From Calditrichia bacterium (GTDB lineage Bacteria; Calditrichota; Calditrichia; RBG-13-44-9), in NCBI GenBank assembly GCA_037381445.1, contig JARRQT010000068.1, forward strand, positions 1 to 13,784: 13,784 nucleotides of DNA, written 5' to 3'. How positions within the stretch are numbered: the first letter of the stretch is position 1; the number at the start of each line of letters is the position of its first letter. Positions 8,882 to 13,784 of the stretch are shown one piece after another. The position numbers and the translations under genes were made by a program. The notes beneath the pieces were generated by a model. That model did not search any database and was not told where the DNA came from. It saw only the letters and a program-made list of their open reading frames with translations.

Positions 8882-10357
8882 ATGAGTCGGCAACCTGAAG
8901 AACACATCAATTTCAGAGAAATTTTTGCAGGACATGGAAAGCTCCCTGCGCTGGTTTCCCGGGAGCGGACGGTTTCCTATCAGGATTATTACCGGCTTGC
9001 TGCCTGTATATCGGCCATTCTGGTTTCCCATGGATTTAAGAAAGGAGAAAGGGCAGGAATCCTGTCAGATAATTCCCCTGAATATGTTATCATTTTGATG
9101 GCCCTTTGGAAGGCAGGCGTAGTAGCGGTGCCGCTGAATACCCGCTGGACACCGGCGGCAATTGGAAAAAGCCTCACAGACATTGTGTGTGAAAAAATAT
9201 TGCTTTCCCCTGCATTTTATGATGTATCCGGTTTCAATCCGCTTTCAAAATTTCTGATACAAGATTTTGTAAACCAGGCTGATTCGAAATCCAAAGCGGA
9301 AAAGGATGAAGAAGATTTTACTGACTTAATGCAGGATGTCACCATTGTTTTCACTTCGGGCAGCTCCGGGACTCCCAAGGGCGCCCTGCATTCGCTGGCA
9401 AACCATTATTACAATGCGCTGGGTTCCAATCAGAATATTCCTTTCGCGCCGGACGACCGGTGGCTGCTTTCGCTGCCCCTTTTTCACGTGGGCGGGCTTG
9501 CCATTCTGTTCCGGGCACTGCTGGGCGGCGGGGCAGTGGCAATTCCCGATCCGGCTCTGGAGCTGGCGGAAAATCTGCGGGAGCTGGAGGCGACGCATGT
9601 CTCCCTGGTGCCGACTCAATTCTACTGGCTGCTGCAGTCTGGGGCAGCGATTGATACCATGCGCCGGATGAAGGCCATTCTATTGGGCGGAAGCGCCATC
9701 CCGGATTCCCTGCTCCGGCAGGCAGCGGAATTGGAACTGCAGGTTTTCACCAGTTATGGTTCCAGTGAAATGTCCTCGCAAATTACCACCACCCATGCCG
9801 GGGACGGACTTGCCCAGTGGCGATCCTCCGGCCGCCTGCTTCCCTTCCGGGAGCTTAAAATTGCGGCGGATAGTGAAATACTGGTAAAGGGGAAAACGCT
9901 TTTCAAGGGGTATGTGAGTCAGGATGCCGGAGAATCTATCCTTGATGCAGCCGGCTGGTTTCACTCGGGAGACCTCGGTTTTTGGGACGAAAACGGATAC
10001 CTGCATGTCCTGGGAAGAAAGGATAATATGTTCATTTCCGGCGGGGAAAACATTCAGCCGGAGGAAATTGAACAATTGCTGCTGCTGAGTGAAGGCGTTT
10101 CGCAGGCGGTGGTAGTCCCGGTCAGCGATCGGGAATATGGTCAGCGCCCGGTGGCGTTTTTGGAGCTGCAGAAAGGGGGACAGCCGGATGCCGATTTATT
10201 CAGGAAATATCTTCTGGAAAAATTGCCCCGCTATAAGATGCCCGATCACTTTTTCCCCTGGCCTGAGGAGGCAGGGAATACCATGAAAATTCAGCGAGCC
10301 CAATTCTCAGAGCTGGCCGAACGGCTGCTTCATGATTTACCTTCCATAAAAAAATAA
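8882..10357 (+). CDS. menE: o-succinylbenzoate-CoA ligase
   Basis: 491 aa ANL-family enzyme. FTSGSSGTPKG, LPLFHVGGL, SLVPTQ, LLGGS, SYGSSEMSSQ, GWFHSGDLG, GRKDNMFISGGENIQPEEIE and C-terminal MKI. Confidence 0.95.
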   Translation: MSRQPEEHINFREIFAGHGKLPALVSRERTVSYQDYYRLAACISAILVSHGFKKGERAGILSDNSPEYVIILMALWKAGVVAVPLNTRWTPAAIGKSLTDIVCEKILLSPAFYDVSGFNPLSKFLIQDFVNQADSKSKAEKDEEDFTDLMQDVTIVFTSGSSGTPKGALHSLANHYYNALGSNQNIPFAPDDRWLLSLPLFHVGGLAILFRALLGGGAVAIPDPALELAENLRELEATHVSLVPTQFYWLLQSGAAIDTMRRMKAILLGGSAIPDSLLRQAAELELQVFTSYGSSEMSSQITTTHAGDGLAQWRSSGRLLPFRELKIAADSEILVKGKTLFKGYVSQDAGESILDAAGWFHSGDLGFWDENGYLHVLGRKDNMFISGGENIQPEEIEQLLLLSEGVSQAVVVPVSDREYGQRPVAFLELQKGGQPDADLFRKYLLEKLPRYKMPDHFFPWPEEAGNTMKIQRAQFSELAERLLHDLPSIKK

Positions 10358-10456
10358 TTCACCTGGTTGATACAGGAAACAAGTCTGGTATTTGAGGGCG
10401 TGAAAAATTAGCGGCACAAGTCCATCTCTTAATTCCTTTTTCGAGCATAAAAATAG

Positions 10457-10502
10457 AAAAAGCAGCAGGACCTTTCCAAATTGGAGATCCTGCTGCTTTT
10501 TT
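10457..10502. terminator. Bidirectional Rho-independent terminator between convergent operons
   Basis: Perfect 14-bp inverted repeat AAAAAGCAGCAGGA (10457-10470) / TCCTGCTGCTTTTT (10488-10501) with an inner TCCA/TGGA stem. T6 tail on +, T5 tail on -. It lies between the menE stop (10357) and the lipoprotein stop (10551). Confidence 0.88.
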
Positions 10503-10550
10503 AAGATCAAACCGGGCGCTTCTCTGTCTGCCGGCGGGAAGCGGTTGCTG

Positions 10551-11540
10551 TCAATTCATGACAAACTGTTTGCGATGCTGCTGAAGTTTTTCCAGGTCCT
10601 GTTTGGTCATAGAGAAATTCATTTCCAGTTCCTTGCCCTTTTCATTTACCTTTATCTTATTCAATACGTCGATGGCATCCCGGTCATTGCTCAGGGTCAG
10701 TTTCGCGGTGGCGATGAAGCCCTTTACGGCTTCCCGGAATAACTTTGCTTTCTGTTCATTCTCGAAATCGCTCATTCCGGAGAATTTCATCTCATTGCTG
10801 AACTGCATGGAGAAGTTGACGCTTTTCACCGCGTCCAAGGCATCCAGATTCATTCTTGAAGAGGCCGAGTGCAGTTTCTCGGTGAATTTATTGACAAATT
10901 GCTGAGCGTCCAGGGTGAACCAGACGCCTGTTTTGTAGCGCAGAAGATTGATTCTCTTTGTCATTTCGGGCGCGACGTTGACCGGCTTGTCCGAACTGCT
11001 GTACTCATCCAGCCATTTTTTAACCAGCGTCTCTGTGCCGCCAACCAGATGGGTGTCATCGGCAAAACTGAAAACCATATTTCCATGCCGCACAGTATAC
11101 AGGTTATAGTCCTTGTACTGTTCTTCGCCGATCTGATTGGTAGTATCCTTTTGCGCGATATAATTCGTAATTTCCTTAACGTTATATTTTCCGAGTATGA
11201 CCGCCAGCAACTCGGGAGTCTCCGCCATGGTATCCGGCATCATCGAAAAATAGATTTCATTGATATCCCGGCGCAGATCAAGTCCGGTTGCATTGACAAA
11301 ATCCTTGTATTCGGGATTGACAAAAGGATTGTGACGCCCGGAATCGGAGAGCATCGAGTAGAATTCGCTTTTGCGGATCTGAGCCAGGTTGACGAATCCT
11401 ACTCCGGCGGCATCGGCCGGAAGCAGGGCGATTTCCTGCGTCATCTGTTTGGTCAACCCCTCCGGTTTTTCTTTGGCGCACTGCCAGAACAGAGAAAGCG
11501 CCAGCACAAGCAGTACCACTGTAATCAATTGCTTTTTCAT
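10551..11540 (-). CDS. Hypothetical exported protein, probable lipoprotein (possibly DUF3352-like)
   Basis: 329 aa. N-terminal MKK, hydrophobic stretch and FWQC; Cys21 is the only Cys in the protein. SD AGGAGA overlaps the upstream permease TAG stop. The CDS is well supported; the DUF assignment is only an impression from the LLPAD..G...VNL and G.DL..DI pattern. Confidence 0.8.
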   Translation of the reverse strand: MKKQLITVVLLVLALSLFWQCAKEKPEGLTKQMTQEIALLPADAAGVGFVNLAQIRKSEFYSMLSDSGRHNPFVNPEYKDFVNATGLDLRRDINEIYFSMMPDTMAETPELLAVILGKYNVKEITNYIAQKDTTNQIGEEQYKDYNLYTVRHGNMVFSFADDTHLVGGTETLVKKWLDEYSSSDKPVNVAPEMTKRINLLRYKTGVWFTLDAQQFVNKFTEKLHSASSRMNLDALDAVKSVNFSMQFSNEMKFSGMSDFENEQKAKLFREAVKGFIATAKLTLSNDRDAIDVLNKIKVNEKGKELEMNFSMTKQDLEKLQQHRKQFVMN

Positions 11541-11550
11541 AAATCATCTC

Positions 11551-12372
11551 CTAAAAGTTTTTTCGGGAAAAAATTAATGATGATATCATAAACATGAATA
11601 TGCCAAATGCGATGGAACTCCATAATGCCGCCCAAGAAGATACTTCCACGCCGCGAACCAGTCTTTGGGTAATGTCCCCGATCTCAGCGGTTTTCGGGAA
11701 AAAATAATATAGGCCATCCACGATGTAGCCATAAATTTTGTTGGAAAGCAGCGCATATATTTTGTCCCGCTGCAGCAGAAGCGGACTGAAAAACAGGATG
11801 AGGTAAGTCAGCATGAGGGAAAAGGCGCTGCTGCGGGTCAGGATACCCAGAAAGGTCATCAGAGAGTACAGAATGGCGAAGGTCACCACGATCATCACGC
11901 CGGCCAGAATAAATCCAAAATGCCAGATCCCGGTTTTGATGGAAAGAATCAGCCAGCTGAAAATGATGAGGTAGAAGATGTTGAAAGCCACAATGGCCAC
12001 GGCCCCGAGGAACCGTCCCGCAAGAATCTGGTAGCGGCTCACCGGTTTGGAAATGAGCAGGTCGATACTGCCGGGATCGAGAAAACTGGGGATAAGGCTG
12101 CTGGTGGCAAAGAGCGACATGAAAAGCCCGCCGGTGTAGAGCAGGACCGCCACACCCGCTTCGATACCGAGCAATATCTTGTTGAGGTCCAGCAAATGGT
12201 TACTCTCTTTGCCAAACAGCGAGATGGATGACTGCATACCATTCACGATGTCCAGATTCAAAGCGAAAATGAAAAGCAGGCAGACCAGGGTTGAGATCCC
12301 GAAAAATGCCATGAAGGTCTTTTTTGCGAAAGATTCGCGAAATGTTAGCTGAATGATGGAAATAATTTTCAC
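11551..12372 (-). CDS. ABC transporter permease (ABC-2/NosY-like exporter family)
   Basis: 273 aa with about six hydrophobic segments. N-terminal LTFRESFAKK and the family loop motif GSIDLLISKPVSRYQILAGRFLG. GTG start overlaps the ATPase stop (GTGA). Confidence 0.88.
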   Translation of the reverse strand: MKIISIIQLTFRESFAKKTFMAFFGISTLVCLLFIFALNLDIVNGMQSSISLFGKESNHLLDLNKILLGIEAGVAVLLYTGGLFMSLFATSSLIPSFLDPGSIDLLISKPVSRYQILAGRFLGAVAIVAFNIFYLIIFSWLILSIKTGIWHFGFILAGVMIVVTFAILYSLMTFLGILTRSSAFSLMLTYLILFFSPLLLQRDKIYALLSNKIYGYIVDGLYYFFPKTAEIGDITQRLVRGVEVSSWAALWSSIAFGIFMFMISSLIFSRKNF

Positions 12373-13292
12373 GCTGTGCCCGCCTTTTTGTCTTCGATCA
12401 CTTCAATAAAGAAATCTTCCAGTGATATTTTGTAGGGAATCACCGCTTCGATGACCGCCTGCCGCTGCCTTAATTCATCGATCAGATTATTCAATTGCTG
12501 AATGTCATTGACCGCCACCCGGTAGTAGCCGTTCTGCTCATTCAGGAGTACCCTGAGCCGGTCGCAGGTCGCCGTCACGGTTTCCCGCGGGGCCTGCAAT
12601 TTCAATTGATATTGATCCTTTATGGAGATGAAATCCTGCACGTTTCCTTTCTGCAGCAGTTTTCCGTTTTTTAAAATTGCGACTTCATCGGATATTCTTT
12701 CCACCTCCGAAAGAAGATGGGAGTTCAGAAAAATAGTTTTACCCTGTTCTCTCAGTGTTCTGAGCAGGTCGCGGATCTCGCGCCGGCCGACCGGATCAAT
12801 ACCGTCGGTGGGTTCATCCAAAAACAGCAGTTGCGGATCGTTGATCAATGCCTGCGCGATGCCCAGCCTCTGCATCATGCCCTTTGAATATTTCCGGATC
12901 TTGGTCTTTCCCCATTTTTCCAGCTTTACCAGCTGCAGGAGCTGCGGGATGCGAGCATTCAGGGTTTCCTTTTCCACGCCGGCCATTTTCCCGTAATAAT
13001 ATAGAATGTGCTCGGCATGCAGAAATTCCGGGAAGCGATGGTTTTCCGCCAGGTACCCCAAATGGGTATGGGATTGATAATCCCTGATGTTCTTTCCCAG
13101 AACACTGGCAGTCCCGCGGGTGGGAAATATGATTCCCAGCAGCAGCTTAATAAGTGTTGTCTTACCGGAGCCATTGGGTCCCAAGAGGCTGAATATCTGC
13201 CCTTTTTCCACTGTGAGGGAAAAATCTTCCAGGGCCCTTACCTGCCCGCGGGTATAGTATTTGGTCAATTCGTGTGTTTCAATAATCGCCAC
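12369..13292 (-). CDS. ABC transporter ATP-binding protein (ABC-2 exporter type)
   Basis: 307 aa. Walker A GPNGSGKT, signature YSKGMMQR, Walker B LLFLDE, D-loop PTDGIDP, H-switch NSH and C-terminal SLEDFF. GTG start with AAAGGA upstream. Confidence 0.95.
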   Translation of the reverse strand: MAIIETHELTKYYTRGQVRALEDFSLTVEKGQIFSLLGPNGSGKTTLIKLLLGIIFPTRGTASVLGKNIRDYQSHTHLGYLAENHRFPEFLHAEHILYYYGKMAGVEKETLNARIPQLLQLVKLEKWGKTKIRKYSKGMMQRLGIAQALINDPQLLFLDEPTDGIDPVGRREIRDLLRTLREQGKTIFLNSHLLSEVERISDEVAILKNGKLLQKGNVQDFISIKDQYQLKLQAPRETVTATCDRLRVLLNEQNGYYRVAVNDIQQLNNLIDELRQRQAVIEAVIPYKISLEDFFIEVIEDKKAGTA

Positions 13293-13353
13293 ATTCAGTC
13301 CTTTATTAATCTGTTCGCTTTTACGGAATCAAATGTCAATATGTTGCCTCGTT

Positions 13354-13439
13354 TTAAATTAAGCCTCATTTTTACCTGATCTCATTTCATGAAATGCATC
13401 TTCTAGGCAGTTAGTCTGAACCAGTCAGGCTTAAATTAA
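13354..13439. repeat. Nested inverted repeats in the intergenic region
   Basis: TTAAATTAAGCCT (13354-13366) / AGGCTTAAATTAA (13427-13439), 12 of 13 complementary, enclosing the perfect 14-bp palindrome CATTTCATGAAATG (13383-13396). Confidence 0.6.
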
Positions 13440-13458
13440 CTAATCCGGATGGTACAAT
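13431..13458 (+). promoter_or_regulatory. Candidate sigma70 extended -10 promoter firing rightwards
   Basis: TG-G-TACAAT at 13450-13458, with a weak -35 TTAAAT (13431-13436) at 16-nt spacing, in an AT-rich region divergent from the ABC operon. Confidence 0.4.
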
Positions 13459-13471
13459 TCAAGATACATTT

Positions 13472-13581
13472 ATTATTTGAAAAAATCATACGATTATTTG
13501 TGTATATCCACAAAAATGTAAAAAATTATTTGTGGATTTGGACGGAACACAGTTTTCAAAGACTTTAAGAAAGCTTATTTG
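13472..13581. repeat. Cluster of TTATTTG direct repeats and TTTGTG/CACAAA inverted repeats (candidate protein-binding array)
   Basis: TTATTTG at 13473, 13494, 13526 and 13575. ATTATTTGTG at 13493 and 13525. TTTGTG-N6-CACAAA at 13497-13514. ATCCACAAA (13506-13514) / TTTGTGGAT (13529-13537). Confidence 0.5.
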
Positions 13582-13628
13582 TAATCGGCATCACGAATGG
13601 GGAACATTGGACTTTTAAATTCATTTCA

Positions 13629-13784
13629 ATGTCGGGAAGGGAAAATAGCTGTATGAGCCATTTGGGGATAATCATGGACGGCAAAACCGCTGTTCAAAAA
13701 TGCAAATCTCACGGGACAGAAAATCATAGTGCGCAATCGGCGGTGTTAAAATATTTTAAAACGGTTGAAATTAAAAATGTGAGA
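13629..13784 (+). CDS. Possible 5' end of a CDS running off the right edge
   Basis: Stop-free frame from 13569 to the window end, with in-frame ATGs at 13629, 13653 and 13674. Purine-rich GGGAAGGGAAAA precedes ATG 13653. No recognisable homology. Confidence 0.2.
   Translation, partial: MSGRENSCMSHLGIIMDGKTAVQKCKSHGTENHSAQSAVLKYFKTVEIKNVR

Noticed and set aside
1956..10357. Siderophore or secondary-metabolite cluster reading (isochorismate synthase + adenylating enzyme + hydrolase + ABC exporter)
   Set aside because: Every enzyme has Men-specific motifs and canonical partners (MenD, MenB, MenC, MenA). There is no isochorismatase, carrier protein or NRPS.
10510..10546. Second GC-rich hairpin (CGCTTCTC / GGGAAGCG) next to the terminator
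   Set aside because: It relies on G-U pairs that form only on the + transcript beyond the terminator, and it has no T tail. Probably incidental.
10869..11591. 240-aa plus-strand ORF
   Set aside because: It is antisense to the lipoprotein gene, which has a signal peptide, SD and operon coupling. No independent support.
13334..13339. Perfect TTGACA on the minus strand upstream of the ABC ATPase
   Set aside because: There is no acceptable -10 at 16-18 nt spacing (GAACAG falls there), so I did not call a promoter.
13497..13514. Resemblance of TTTGTG-N6-CACAAA to Rex or CRP sites
   Set aside because: The spacing is 2 bp too short for TTGTG-N8-CACAA (Rex) or TGTGA-N6-TCACA (CRP). It is kept only as an unassigned palindrome.
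1..13784. CRISPR arrays, IS/transposase, integrase, tRNA/rRNA, frameshifted pseudogenes
   Set aside because: I saw no regularly spaced repeats, recombinase motifs or cloverleaf structures. All complete ORFs have family-typical lengths.

Overview
Bacterial chromosomal window, mostly housekeeping. The + strand carries the 3' end of a shikimate dehydrogenase gene (aroE, cut by the window edge) and shikimate kinase (aroK). These are followed by a near-complete classical o-succinylbenzoate menaquinone cluster in the order menG-menF-menD-menH-menB-menA-menC-menE; only menI is missing. All reading frames are intact and the expected catalytic motifs are present. A bidirectional intrinsic terminator separates this cluster from a convergent - strand operon: ABC ATPase, ABC-2-type permease and an uncharacterised putative lipoprotein. 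The last ~490 bp are AT-rich and largely non-coding, with nested inverted repeats, a candidate extended -10 promoter, phased TTATTTG repeats and degenerate DnaA-box-like 9-mers. I saw no mobile element, CRISPR array, tRNA or rRNA, and I cannot demonstrate a new system. The best leads are the ABC + lipoprotein module of unknown substrate, the apparently plant-like (PHYLLO/AroDE-type) character of MenD and AroE, and the structured right-hand intergenic region. All homology statements come from motif recognition and memory, not from database searches.
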